From: Synechococcus elongatus PCC 6301
GTDB taxonomy: Bacteria; Cyanobacteriota; Cyanobacteriia; Synechococcales; Synechococcaceae
Length of the DNA stretch: 32,000 nt
NCBI RefSeq assembly: GCF_000010065.1
Contig: NC_006576.1
Coordinates: 930,001 to 962,000 of the forward strand
Direction: 5' to 3'
Position numbers and translations under genes: made by a program. Below are positions 1 to 9,903 of the stretch, piece by piece (within the stretch, counting starts at the first letter, position 1; each line of letters opens with the position of its first letter). The notes beneath the pieces were generated by a model, which ran no database searches, had not been told where the DNA came from, and saw only the letters and a list, made by a program, of their open reading frames with translations.

Positions 1-121
1 AGCAAGGTGCTGTCTAGCTTGTTCAGAGGCGATCGCAGCCTTCCGGTAAGCTGGATTTTGGAATCCTAGAGTCGCAGCTGAGAGCACTCTGGCTAAAAAC
101 CTTAGAGGAGGAGCGTAGTCG

Positions 122-1648
122 ATGGGACTACCCTGGTACCGTGTCCACACGGTCGTCCTCAATGATCCGGGACGACTGATTGCAGTGCACTTGATGCACA
201 CTGCCCTCGTGGCAGGTTGGGCAGGTTCGATGGCTTTATACGAACTTGCCATTTTTGATCCTTCTGATGCCGTGCTGAACCCCATGTGGCGGCAAGGCAT
301 GTTCGTGTTGCCGTTCATGGCGCGTTTGGGCGTCACCCAATCTTGGGGTGGCTGGAGCATCACCGGCGAAACCGCCGTGGATCCTGGCTATTGGAGCTTT
401 GAAGGCGTCGCGATCGCCCACATCGTACTGTCGGGTCTGCTGTTCCTCGCAGCAGTCTGGCACTGGGTCTACTGGGACCTCGAACTCTTTACCGATCCCC
501 GCACCGGCGAACCGGCCTTGGACCTGCCAAAAATGTTTGGCATCCACCTGTTCCTCTCCGGTCTTCTTTGCTTCGGCTTCGGTGCTTTCCACCTGTCTGG
601 CCTCTGGGGCCCGGGGATGTGGGTCTCCGATCCCTACGGCTTGACCGGCCATGTCCAACCAGTTGCCCCGGCCTGGGGTCCTGAAGGCTTCAACCCCTTC
701 AATCCGGGTGGCATTGTGGCTCACCACATTGCAGCCGGTGTCGTTGGCATCGTCGCAGGCCTCTTCCACCTGACGGTTCGTCCCCCCGAGCGCCTCTACA
801 AAGCGCTGCGGATGGGCAACATCGAAACCGTCTTGTCGAGCTCCTTGGCAGCAGTCTTCTTCGCTGCTTTTGTGGTCGCTGGCACGATGTGGTACGGCAA
901 CGCTGCCACGCCAGTCGAACTGTTTGGCCCAACTCGCTACCAGTGGGACCAAGGCTACTTCCGTCAGGAAATTGCCCGCCGGGTTGATACGGCTGTCGCC
1001 AGTGGCGCTTCTTTAGAGGAAGCTTGGAGCTCCATTCCTGAAAAACTGGCCTTCTATGACTACGTCGGCAACAGCCCTGCTAAAGGTGGCTTGTTCCGTA
1101 CCGGTCAGATGAACAAAGGTGACGGGATTGCCCAAGGCTGGCTCGGCCACGCTGTCTTCAAGGACAAAAATGGCGATGTGCTCGACGTCCGTCGCTTGCC
1201 GAACTTCTTCGAGAACTTCCCGATCGTCTTGACTGACAGCAAAGGTGCTGTGCGGGCAGACATTCCTTTCCGTCGTGCTGAAGCGAAATTCAGCTTCGAG
1301 GAAACCGGAATTACGGCTAGCTTCTACGGCGGTTCTCTGAATGGCCAAACCATCACTGATCCGGCGCAGGTGAAGAAATACGCCCGTAAGGCTCAGTTGG
1401 GTGAAGCGTTCGAATTCGACACCGAAACCCTTAACTCGGACGGTGTGTTCCGGACTTCGCCGCGTGGCTGGTTCACCTTTGGTCACGCCAGCTTTGCTCT
1501 GCTCTTCTTCTTTGGCCATATCTGGCACGGCTCTCGGACGCTGTTCCGCGATGTCTTTGCTGGGATTGAAGCCGACTTGGGCGAGCAGATTGAATTCGGG
1601 GCCTTCCAGAAATTGGGTGACCCGACCACTCGGAAAACAGCCGCTTAA
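122..1648 (+). CDS. psbB: Photosystem II CP47 chlorophyll apoprotein
   Basis: 508-aa ORF. The N-terminus [43 protein letters not shown] and the C-terminal [19 protein letters not shown] are hallmark CP47 sequence. A GAGGAGGAG Shine-Dalgarno lies at 105-113, 8 nt before the ATG. Confidence 0.97.
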   Translation: MGLPWYRVHTVVLNDPGRLIAVHLMHTALVAGWAGSMALYELAIFDPSDAVLNPMWRQGMFVLPFMARLGVTQSWGGWSITGETAVDPGYWSFEGVAIAHIVLSGLLFLAAVWHWVYWDLELFTDPRTGEPALDLPKMFGIHLFLSGLLCFGFGAFHLSGLWGPGMWVSDPYGLTGHVQPVAPAWGPEGFNPFNPGGIVAHHIAAGVVGIVAGLFHLTVRPPERLYKALRMGNIETVLSSSLAAVFFAAFVVAGTMWYGNAATPVELFGPTRYQWDQGYFRQEIARRVDTAVASGASLEEAWSSIPEKLAFYDYVGNSPAKGGLFRTGQMNKGDGIAQGWLGHAVFKDKNGDVLDVRRLPNFFENFPIVLTDSKGAVRADIPFRRAEAKFSFEETGITASFYGGSLNGQTITDPAQVKKYARKAQLGEAFEFDTETLNSDGVFRTSPRGWFTFGHASFALLFFFGHIWHGSRTLFRDVFAGIEADLGEQIEFGAFQKLGDPTTRKTAA

Positions 1649-1724
1649 GGTTGTGAATGGTTAGAGCGGTTTGGGTGATGCTCATTCCGCTCAGCTTTCT
1701 TGCTCTGACTATTGGCTCACGGTC

Positions 1725-1820
1725 ATGGAAAGTCTCGTCTACATCTTCGTTTTCGTTGTGGCACTGGGTGTGCTGTTCTTCGCGATCGCCTTCCGCGAAC
1801 CACCTCGAATCGGCAAATAA
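1725..1820 (+). CDS. psbT: Photosystem II reaction centre protein T
   Basis: 31-codon ORF below the track cutoff, read directly as MESLVYIFVFVVALGVLFFAIAFREPPRIGK. It has a single TM helix and PsbT-like sequence. It lies 76 nt downstream of psbB, matching the conserved psbB-psbT arrangement. Confidence 0.9.
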   Translation: MESLVYIFVFVVALGVLFFAIAFREPPRIGK

Positions 1821-2029
1821 CCCGCTACAACTGGCCTACAGCCCCGATGCGACTCTGAGTTTGTAGACCAGTTGACCGCTTAGACTCGTTGTTCCTAGCG
1901 ATCGCAGTTGTTCCTTTTGGAACCGCTTCGATTACACTATGGGGCAACGAGTCTTTGCTTTTAGGGTCGTCTCTGTTTCCGAATCCATGTCTCGGAAACA
2001 CCTTTCCGAAAGCTTGCGAGGAAACGAGA

Positions 2030-2536
2030 ATGCAATGTCCAGCCTGTCGTCATACTGATAGCCGGGTCCTCGAATCGCGATCGTCTGAAAGTGGTCGCAG
2101 TGTGCGGCGGAGACGCGAGTGCCTCAGTTGTGGCCATCGATTTACCACCTACGAACGGGTGGAGTTTGTTCCGATTAGCGTTATCAAACGCAATGGCGAT
2201 CGCGAGTCTTTCGATCGCTCCAAATTGCTGCGCGGGATTGTCCGTGCCTGTGAAAAAACTGGCGTCTCAGCTCAGCAAATGGATCTGCTCGTCGATGAAA
2301 TTGAGGGGACCCTTCAGCAGCGCAGCTCTCGCGATGTTCAAAGTTCAGAAATTGGCGAGATGGTGCTGCAGCAAATTGGCCGTCTGAGCGAAGTAGCCTA
2401 CATCCGTTTTGCCTCGGTTTATCGTCAGTTTCGAGGCGTGCGGGATTTTGTCGAAACCCTCGATCGCCTCCAAGATCTCAGTCGTGATGAAGTGGGGGAT
2501 GTCCCAGCAGCCGTTACTAGCTTGACGTCGGCCTAA
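2030..2536 (+). CDS. nrdR: Transcriptional repressor NrdR (zinc ribbon plus ATP-cone)
   Basis: The ATG at 2030 gives [17 protein letters not shown]...[12 protein letters not shown], a CxxC...CxxC zinc ribbon followed by an ATP-cone (168 aa). GAGG at 2018-2021 sits 8 nt upstream. The track start at 1889 is a TTG in-frame extension with no family support. Confidence 0.9.
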   Translation: MQCPACRHTDSRVLESRSSESGRSVRRRRECLSCGHRFTTYERVEFVPISVIKRNGDRESFDRSKLLRGIVRACEKTGVSAQQMDLLVDEIEGTLQQRSSRDVQSSEIGEMVLQQIGRLSEVAYIRFASVYRQFRGVRDFVETLDRLQDLSRDEVGDVPAAVTSLTSA

Positions 2537-2813
2537 CGGTTGCGATCGCCCTTGGGCGAGAAGACCACTATTCCAGCTGTGATGGATTGATTCAGATCGA
2601 TTAATCATTTGCCGCTCATCGAAAGATTGAGTCCAATGATCACGGACTCAATTTGGACTGGCAAAATTCAAGAGATACGGTAAGATTTTGATTTGGGCAG
2701 TTGCCCGCCGGCCCAAGAGCGACTTGTGGCGTCCTGACAGCGCGATCGCCTGTCTAGCCAGCCTTGGTATCGCTCAAATTCGCAGCGGAGATCCACTCTA
2801 GGAAGCGTTTAGC

Positions 2814-3737
2814 ATGGTCACACAGGACATCCCAGCGGTCGATATTGGCTTTACTCACGAAGATTTTGCCGCCCTACTCGATCAGTACGACTATCACTTC
2901 AATCCGGGTGATACCGTCGTCGGCACAGTCTTCAATCTAGAACCGCGGGGTGCCCTGATTGACATCGGTGCGAAAACGGCAGCATTTTTGCCGGTTCAAG
3001 AGATGTCGATCAACCGGGTCGAAAGCCCGGAAGAAGTTCTTCAGCCCAGCGAAATGCGGGAGTTTTTCATCCTCAGCGATGAGAACGAAGATGGTCAGCT
3101 GACGCTGTCGATCCGCCGCATTGAGTACATGCGGGCTTGGGAGCGAGTGCGCCAGCTCCAAACCGAAGACGCCACCGTGCGATCAGAAGTATTCGCCACC
3201 AACCGCGGCGGTGCTTTGGTGCGGATTGAAGGCCTGCGCGGCTTCATTCCGGGCTCGCACATCAGCACCCGCAAAGCCAAAGAGGATTTGGTGGGCGAAG
3301 AACTCCCCCTGAAATTTTTGGAAGTGGACGAAGACCGCAACCGCTTGGTGCTCAGCCACCGTCGGGCGCTGGTCGAGCGGAAGATGAATCGCCTCGAAGT
3401 GGGCGAAGTCGTCGTCGGTGCAGTGCGCGGTATCAAACCCTATGGTGCCTTTATTGACATCGGTGGCGTCAGCGGTCTACTGCACATCTCCGAAATTTCC
3501 CACGACCACATCGAGACTCCACACAGCGTCTTCAATGTCAATGACGAAGTCAAAGTCATGATCATTGATTTGGATGCCGAACGCGGTCGGATTTCGCTGT
3601 CGACCAAGCAACTGGAGCCCGAGCCGGGCGACATGGTTCGCAACCCCGAAGTGGTCTACGAGAAAGCCGAAGAAATGGCTGCTCAATATCGCGAAAAATT
3701 GAAACAGCAAGCTGAAGGTCTGGTCGTTACCGAATAG
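2814..3737 (+). CDS. rpsA: 30S ribosomal protein S1 (short cyanobacterial form with three S1 domains)
   Basis: 307 aa with repeated S1 OB-fold signatures (GDTVVGTV...GALIDIG, VRSEVF...GGALVRIEGLRGFIP, VGEVVVGAVRGIKPYGAFIDIGGVSGLLHISE). AGGAAG lies upstream of the ATG. Confidence 0.9.
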   Translation: MVTQDIPAVDIGFTHEDFAALLDQYDYHFNPGDTVVGTVFNLEPRGALIDIGAKTAAFLPVQEMSINRVESPEEVLQPSEMREFFILSDENEDGQLTLSIRRIEYMRAWERVRQLQTEDATVRSEVFATNRGGALVRIEGLRGFIPGSHISTRKAKEDLVGEELPLKFLEVDEDRNRLVLSHRRALVERKMNRLEVGEVVVGAVRGIKPYGAFIDIGGVSGLLHISEISHDHIETPHSVFNVNDEVKVMIIDLDAERGRISLSTKQLEPEPGDMVRNPEVVYEKAEEMAAQYREKLKQQAEGLVVTE

Positions 3738-3762
3738 ACAACGATTGCTCTGCTGCTGAAGA

Positions 3763-3792
3763 GAACCGGGCCGCTCAGGTCCGGTTTTTTTG
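3763..3792 (+). terminator. Rho-independent terminator of rps1
   Basis: GC-rich stem AACCGG(GC) at 3764-3771 pairs with (GT)CCGGTT ending at 3786, followed directly by T7 (3785-3791). It starts 26 nt after the rps1 stop. Confidence 0.75.
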
Positions 3793-3837
3793 TGGAGACT
3801 GCCACTCCGTTCGCTCTTAGATGCTGTTGCCCTAGCC

Positions 3838-4623
3838 ATGCCCGTCCTGCAATTCCGCGATCAGCGCAGCGGCGATCGCTGGCAAATATCAGTCCAAGCC
3901 TTGCTGTTTGATAAGGATGGGACGTTGGCGAATAGCGAGGCGTTCCTGCAGCGACTGGTCTTGGCCCGCTACGGAGCGATTGCGGCACAGGTTCCCGACC
4001 TCACGACCGACCTCTTGCTGAGTTGGGGCTATCGGCAGGAGCGCGTTGACCCAGCTGGGTTGATGGCGATCGGTAGCCGTCAAGAGAATTTAATTGCTGC
4101 AGCTAGCGCGATCGCAGCTCAAGGCTACAGTTGGCCTCGTGCCCTTGACCTGGCAGAGAAGTCCTTTCGTCGAGGCGATGCAGCCTGTGAGCCAAAGGCT
4201 GCTCAAACGCCCCCGATCGCGGGCATTCAGAAGCTGCTATCTCAGGCGCGATCGCTCGGCCTCAAGATTGCGGTGATCTCTGCCGATAGCGAGGCTCAGA
4301 TTCAGTCCTTTTTGGATTGTCATCAGTTGCGTGACTTTGTAGATCTGATTTGGGGCTGCGATCGTCGGCCCAGTAAACCCGATCCGGCTGCTGTTCTAAC
4401 TGTCTGTCAGCAGCTCAACGTCGATCCGAGTACCGCCGTCGTGATTGGCGATGCCGATAGCGATCTGCGGATGGCTGCAGGCGCTGGAGTTGCAGCGATC
4501 GCAGCCGCTTGGGGCTGGTCACAAGCACCGATATTTGAGGCGATCACGCCGATTGTCACTGATGTTGAGGATTTAAAACTCCTAAGAGACGCATCCTCGG
4601 GCGATCGCCCTCCACGGATCTAG
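3838..4623 (+). CDS. HAD-superfamily hydrolase (phosphoglycolate-phosphatase-like, subfamily IA)
   Basis: HAD motifs are present: I FDKDGTL, II VISADS, III SKPDP and IV GDADSD. I prefer the ATG at 3838 (MPVLQF...) because the track start at 3790 lies inside the rps1 terminator. Confidence 0.8.
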   Translation: MPVLQFRDQRSGDRWQISVQALLFDKDGTLANSEAFLQRLVLARYGAIAAQVPDLTTDLLLSWGYRQERVDPAGLMAIGSRQENLIAAASAIAAQGYSWPRALDLAEKSFRRGDAACEPKAAQTPPIAGIQKLLSQARSLGLKIAVISADSEAQIQSFLDCHQLRDFVDLIWGCDRRPSKPDPAAVLTVCQQLNVDPSTAVVIGDADSDLRMAAGAGVAAIAAAWGWSQAPIFEAITPIVTDVEDLKLLRDASSGDRPPRI

Positions 4624-4684
4624 CAATCGCTGCAGGTGGTTGCCAGACTAGAGGGCACAGGAATGACACCAAGGTTCAGACCCC

Positions 4685-5239
4685 ATGAATCGATCACTGC
4701 GCTGGGCATTGGGCCTCTGGGTCAGCTTGGGATTCACACCTGTCCAAGCCTTAGAGACAGTCACCTTCTCAGCGGATGGACAAGTGCAGCAACTGGCGAT
4801 TGCCGATCTCGCAGTTCTGGCGCAACAGGGGCAAGCCTCCAGCGATCTCTCACGGCTGCTTCAACAAGCCGGGCTGAACAGCCAAGCCGTACGACGCTTC
4901 TTAAATTCCCCTCTGCCCTTATCTGGCAGCCAATTATCGGCACTCCTCGACCTCGGTTTTGGCGATCGCCTCGTGCAGGAGCTGAGTCGGACCTTGGGTG
5001 CCCAAGCAGAACAACTGCAGAACCCCACCCGCATCAATAATCGCCTCGCCCAGCTCGCCAGCCAGCCTAGGATTTCGGTGCTGCAACTGCTGGAAGTGTT
5101 GCCGGCCCAAAGCCTCGCAATCGAAATCCCGCGGCTGCTCAAAGTGCTGCTGCCCTTGCAAACCCAGTTCCGCAGCCTCGGGTTAGACCTTGCCGATGTG
5201 GTGCCCTGCCTCAGCGATCGCAGTTGTAGCAGCCGCTAA
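4685..5239 (+). CDS. Hypothetical exported protein (Leu/Gln-rich; possibly DUF1400-like)
   Basis: 184 aa with a signal-peptide-like N-terminus MNRSLRWALGLWVSLGFTPVQA/LE. The family assignment is from memory only. Confidence 0.55.
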   Translation: MNRSLRWALGLWVSLGFTPVQALETVTFSADGQVQQLAIADLAVLAQQGQASSDLSRLLQQAGLNSQAVRRFLNSPLPLSGSQLSALLDLGFGDRLVQELSRTLGAQAEQLQNPTRINNRLAQLASQPRISVLQLLEVLPAQSLAIEIPRLLKVLLPLQTQFRSLGLDLADVVPCLSDRSCSSR

Positions 5240-5580
5240 GCCGCTGTCGCCAGCAACTGACGCAGCAGCGATCGCAAGTGCTGTCGTCCTTCTTGACTGG
5301 CCTGGGGCATTTCCGATAACTGGCTAAGCAGCGTGATGGCAGCCACATCTTCAGCCGCTTCAAACGAGTCTAGGGGCACGAGCAATTGCGAGTCCTCGCG
5401 ACAGTCGAAAACTTGCCAAGACTCCGTTTCGATCACCGCCACCGCTAAGGGGCGCAGCCACAGGCGATCGCGATCGCTGACCACCTCAATCACCTCAGCC
5501 AGTAACCACAGCGGCGATCGCTGGCACTGAACGATTTGTCCAGCACAGAATGACGATCGCGATGGTTGCCCAAGGGACAT
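5236..5580 (-). CDS. Hypothetical protein
   Basis: 114-aa ORF occupying the space between two supported genes. I recognise no motif. It overlaps the preceding convergent ORF by 4 nt. Confidence 0.45.
   Translation of the reverse strand: MSLGQPSRSSFCAGQIVQCQRSPLWLLAEVIEVVSDRDRLWLRPLAVAVIETESWQVFDCREDSQLLVPLDSFEAAEDVAAITLLSQLSEMPQASQEGRQHLRSLLRQLLATAA
5464..5477. repeat. HIP1 (highly iterated palindrome GCGATCGC), two overlapping copies; representative of about 95 copies in the window
   Basis: GCGATCGCGATCGC read directly. My manual scan found roughly 95 exact GCGATCGC octamers across the 32 kb, inside genes and between them. An octamer is expected about 0.5 times per 32 kb per strand by chance. 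Confidence 0.9.
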
Positions 5581-5714
5581 TTGTTACACTGATACTGCTT
5601 TTCACAATCGAAACTAACTCGAAATCTGTGCTCCTGCGTTGAGAAAAGGGAAGACAGACCAAACGAGTTGAGTCATCGTCAATCGTTGTTTTTTGAAACC
5701 AGAGGAGATCTGCA

Positions 5715-5990
5715 ATGGCCGTGGAGACCATTCAGAAACCAGAAACCACGACCAAACGCAAAATTGCGCCGCGCTATCGGGTTTTGCTCCACAACGATGA
5801 CTTCAACCCGATGGAGTATGTGGTCATGGTGCTGATGCAAACAGTGCCGAGCCTGACCCAGCCCCAAGCCGTGGACATCATGATGGAGGCCCACACCAAC
5901 GGCACCGGCTTGGTGATTACCTGCGACATTGAGCCAGCAGAGTTTTACTGCGAACAGCTAAAAAGTCACGGGCTTGAGCAGCAGCATTGA
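5715..5990 (+). CDS. clpS: ATP-dependent Clp protease adaptor ClpS
   Basis: 91 aa. The core YRVLLHNDDFNPMEYVVMVLMQTVPSLTQPQAVDIMMEAHTNGTGLV is diagnostic of ClpS. GGAG lies 8 nt upstream of the ATG. Confidence 0.9.
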   Translation: MAVETIQKPETTTKRKIAPRYRVLLHNDDFNPMEYVVMVLMQTVPSLTQPQAVDIMMEAHTNGTGLVITCDIEPAEFYCEQLKSHGLEQQH

Positions 5991-6820
5991 ACCGGACGAC
6001 TAAGCTGCTGACACGCCTGTTTACAGCCCTGCGCGATCGCCCCGTTTGGCAGCGGGTACCGGCTTTCTTGGTCATCCTCGCACTGCTGTGGCTGCCGTGG
6101 TTAGGGCTCGGTTCCCTTGCGATCGCGGACAGCAATAGCCGCTCGATCGTCACGCTGGTCGGACTGTACGTCATCTTCTTGTTACTCTTGCCCCGCTGGG
6201 GTGAGAGTCAAACCGCCTGGCGACAGCCCTTCCGCCACTATGGTTTGGCGTGGAATGGGCGCTGGCGGCGATCGTGGCTGCTAGGGCTCGGGCTGGGTAT
6301 CAGTCTCGTTTTGCTGCTCTATGGCCTGCAGTGGAGCCTCGGTTGGCAACAGTGGCAGGGTTGGCCGCCCCAGTTTGGGCGGTTGTTCTTCGAAGGACTG
6401 CTGATGGCCACTGCCGTCGGCTTTGCCGAGGAGCTGTTATTTCGCGGTTGGCTCCTCCAGGAACTACAACGCGATTTTCCGCAGCAGGGCGGCTGGATGA
6501 GCGCACTCATCTTTGCAGCAGTTCATCGTTTTGGGTTACAAATTTTCGGTTTAAGCCTCTTGGGACTGGCACTGGTTGCTGCGCGTCAGTGCGATCGCCA
6601 GCGTCTAGGCTTGCCCATGGGGCTGCATTCCGGGCTGGTCGCCGCCTACTACTGGGTCAATGTCGGTCAGCTGGTGCAGCCACGAGCCGGCCTTTGGGCA
6701 GGCTGGACAGGGTGGGAAGGCAACCCGTTGCAGAGCATCCCGGGCATTGGTCTCCTGATGCTGCTCTGGCTAGGGCTAGTTGCTTGGCAGCGGCGCAATC
6801 GCCCCGTACCTCAGTCTTGA
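5987..6820 (+). CDS. CPBP-family (CAAX-type) intramembrane glutamic endopeptidase
   Basis: Polytopic membrane protein with the family motifs EELLFRGWL and FAAVH. The TTG start at 5987 overlaps the clpS TGA (TTGA). The next in-frame start would cut into the first TM helix. Confidence 0.8.
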   Translation: MNRTTKLLTRLFTALRDRPVWQRVPAFLVILALLWLPWLGLGSLAIADSNSRSIVTLVGLYVIFLLLLPRWGESQTAWRQPFRHYGLAWNGRWRRSWLLGLGLGISLVLLLYGLQWSLGWQQWQGWPPQFGRLFFEGLLMATAVGFAEELLFRGWLLQELQRDFPQQGGWMSALIFAAVHRFGLQIFGLSLLGLALVAARQCDRQRLGLPMGLHSGLVAAYYWVNVGQLVQPRAGLWAGWTGWEGNPLQSIPGIGLLMLLWLGLVAWQRRNRPVPQS

Positions 6821-7149
6821 CAGCAATCCGCGATCGCGGGCTGGGCTTGACTGAAGCGCTGTAGCCAAACTTGTAGCGCGGCAAAACGGCTAGGACAGAG
6901 TGAGTAGTAGGTCCAGCGGCCTTGGGGACGGGCTTGGATCAAACCCGCCTCTCGCAACTGACGGAGGTGAAAGGAGAGCTTGGGCTGCTTGACCTGGAGG
7001 CGATCGCAGAGGTCACAGACGCAGAGTTCCTGTTTGCTCAAGAGATTCAACACTTGCAGACGCAGCGGATCGGCCATTGCTTGCAGGGCGATCGCCGGAT
7101 CGAGCGTTAGCGGACTCTGGCAGTTAGTTGTCGGGCTCGGCTGCGTCAT
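6811..7149 (-). CDS. ArsR/SmtB-family metalloregulator
   Basis: 112 aa with DPLRLQVLNLLSKQELCVCDLCDRLQVKQPKLSFHLRQLREAGLI, a winged HTH carrying the ELCVCDL alpha-3 metal site. There is an additional C-terminal Cys-Cys (residues 109-110). Confidence 0.85.
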   Translation of the reverse strand: MTQPSPTTNCQSPLTLDPAIALQAMADPLRLQVLNLLSKQELCVCDLCDRLQVKQPKLSFHLRQLREAGLIQARPQGRWTYYSLCPSRFAALQVWLQRFSQAQPAIADCCQD

Positions 7150-8743
7150 CAGGCTTCACAGAATCGCTGGGGGGCAGGGTCAGCCACAACTCAAACGGGG
7201 TCACACCCGCCCGGGACTTTTGCCACTGCAAGTGCAATTGATCAAAGGGCTGGAGGCGATCCTGCAGGAGTTTGGGCAGGGGTAGCAGACCGAGCTGCCG
7301 CAGTTGGGTGAGCTTGAGAATCAGGCGATCGCTAGGGCCATCGCCGGTCAGTGCTGCCGTGGGAGTGGTCGCCAGAGAGGGACGATCGCTCGGGGGTGGC
7401 AAAGTCAGCGTTGTACCTGCTGCCACCGTCAGGAAACTGACATTGTTCCTAAGCCAGCCATGTCGGGCGATTGGGCGACCATCGGGCAACTGCCAGAGCG
7501 TAGAGCCCCTTGCAGGAACGACTTTGAGTTGACCTGTTTTCTTCAGGTGTTCATCCAGCTTCTGCCAACTCTGCTCCGCTTGGCGTCGGTTACTGGCCTG
7601 CACCAGCAGGATCAGCCCCGCCCGAGGTTGGGATTGATTGGCAGGATTGGGATTTTGAACGACACCGATCGCATAGCTACCCTGGCTCCAGCTCAGCCAA
7701 TCCCGCTGGAGCTGGGTGCTGGTCAAAGCCTCAAAATCGCGATCGAATTGCTGACCACTGGGCAACTGCAGCGCGATCGGGCCGCCACTGATCGCCTGCC
7801 AGAATTGGGCGAGGTTGACCGATTCGAACCAGAGGACGGTTTCTGCGGGAACCTGCGATCGCAATTCCTGACGAGGACGGGGGGGCTGAGGGGACGTTGA
7901 GGCGGTCGTTTCCGACTCAGTTAGCGCCTTGCCCTGAATTTGAATGCCCTCCGACTGAGTGACAAAGTCAGCGCAAGCCGCCTCTGCCACTGGCGGTAGC
8001 CCCCAGGCATCACCCGCTTGGGTACTCGCCGACTGCAGCACAGGCCAGTCGAAATAGAGCCGCAGTTCTGTCGCAGGCGTACTGCCACACAGCCGCTGAT
8101 AGTCCGCCGTTTGGGTGAGGCTTCCCTCTCCTAGATAGGCAGACAGCAGGCGACGCAGCGTGGCATCACTCTCGCTCAACACGAGGTAGCGGTTCCGCAA
8201 CAGTAGCAGGGAATAACGATCGCCCAATCGCCCTACCAAGGACTGTCCCGATCGCTGTTCAATCCGCCATTGCTGTTGGCGCTCAAGAACTTGGAGGCGA
8301 TCGAGCAACAGTTCTGGCTGTGTCAGTTCAAGCGCGATCGCCGCTTGCAGAGACTGGGTTCCTAGCCCAGGGATGGGCGTTTGCGAGGACGGGAGCCAGA
8401 GGAGCAGCCGCTCGCTAGCCTGATCGACCAAGGGTTCAAGAAAGTCTGCTGGTAGTTGTTTTAACCAGTCTGCTTCACTCGCAAGAGAGCGAAATAGGCG
8501 ATCGCCCTGGTCAGCACTGAATAGGAGGCTGGCAGCGGTCTCTTGGGGCTGGAGATCCACCAAGGCACTGGTAGCAGAGTCATTGAGGTTCCAGGGGCGT
8601 TGCCACCACAGCAAGCTGACGGTAACCGCCAGCACAACCCCCGCGATCGCCCCAAGCACCAAGCGATCGCGCTGGGATCGGCGTCGCAAGATGCGCCAAC
8701 GGCGACGCAGTTTAGCCCAATCTGGCCGTACTTTAACCGGCAT
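7124..8743 (-). CDS. Hypothetical membrane-anchored protein (possibly DUF3352-like)
   Basis: 539 aa with a basic N-terminus followed by one TM helix ([20 protein letters not shown]) and a large extracytoplasmic-looking domain. The family name is from memory only. Confidence 0.6.
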
Positions 8744-9893
8744 GAACAGCCTCCACCGCCACGGGCCGGTAGAGCGTATCGCGCTGGTAAGGTTGGCGCC
8801 CCGCAGCTGCGATCGCCGCCTCTAGCTGTTCCACGGTTTGAGCCGTTCCGCCCTGGGCCCCTGCCATGCTGGTAATGTGCTCCTCCATCAACGTGCCGCC
8901 CAAGTCATTGCAGCCCCAGTCGAGGGCTTGGGTTGCTCCAGCCAACCCCAGCTTGACCCAACTCGGTTGGTGATTGGCAATCCAGTCGCCCAGATACAGC
9001 CTGGCCACAGCCATCACCAACAGTGCATCGGATAAATCAGGCTGATCGCGCTTGACCCGCTTGCGCAGCGGTGCCGGCGCCAGCTCCCCCACAAACGGCA
9101 GCAGAATGAACTCCGTGATCCGGGCTGGGGTTTCGCCAGCGATCGCAGCTTGTTGGAGTTGTCGCAGTTGTTCTAGATGCTGAGCCTGCTGACTGGGCGT
9201 TTCGAGATGACCACTGAGCAGCGTGCTAGTCGTCGGCAAACCAACTTGGTGCGCAGTCTGGATGATTGTTTTCCAGGTTGCACTATCTAATTTTTCGGGA
9301 CAGAGAATCCGTCGCACCGAGTCATCCAACACTTCCGCTGCAGTGCCGGGCAAAGAGCCCACCCCCGCCGATCGCAAAGCCATCAACACCTCACGAAAAC
9401 TCAGCCCATCCTCCCGAGCAATAAACTGAATTTCTTGCGGTGAAAAAGCATGGAGATGAATCTGCGGAAAGGCTTGTTTAAGGCTGGCCGTCAACTCGAC
9501 ATAAAAGTCGAGCGATCGCCCGTTGCGTTTTGCCGCTGGATTCAGGCCACCCTGCAGACAAAATTCCGTTGCACCAGCGGCAACGGCTGCCGCTCCTTTT
9601 TCAAGCAGAATTGAAGCATCTAGCCAGAAAGCACCGTCTTGATCCGCATCACGACGAAAGGCGCAGAAGTTACAGTGCTGCTCGCAAATATTGGTGAAAT
9701 TGAGATTGCGATTGATCACATAGCTGACGCGATCGCCCACCTGTCGGGAACGGAGTTGGTTCGCCGCTGCCTGAATTTGCTGACGGAGCGAGCGATCGCG
9801 GGCTTTGAGTAAAACGGTAGCGGCTTCCGGTTCTAAAGGCTTGCCATCCAAAACAGACGCCAGGATGGCAGCGACGGTCGCCGAATCAATCAC
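8733..9893 (-). CDS. cofH: Radical-SAM enzyme, most likely FO synthase subunit 2 (CofH)
   Basis: 386 aa with the radical-SAM cluster motif [10 protein letters not shown] (CxxxCxxC). Length and overall sequence fit the CofH/MqnC/MqnE clade. CofH is preferred because cyanobacteria make FO and use the men pathway rather than the futalosine pathway. GTG start. Confidence 0.65.
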
Positions 9894-9903
9894 GGGACAA
9901 CTC

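Noticed and set aside
236-1528. Long antisense and alternate-frame ORFs inside psbB (236..952 -, 348..644 +, 1013..1528 -)
   Set aside because: psbB is unambiguous in frame +2. These ORFs are the usual open antisense frames of GC-rich coding DNA and translate to Arg/Pro/Gly-rich sequence with no recognisable motif.
1657-1866. 69-aa ORF overlapping psbT in another frame
   Set aside because: The 31-codon psbT reading is a textbook match, and the longer ORF has no family features.
1821-2029. Looked for psbN on the opposite strand downstream of psbT, as in many cyanobacteria and plastids
   Set aside because: The only minus-strand ATG ORF here (from 1988) gives [18 protein letters not shown], which is not PsbN-like and not hydrophobic.
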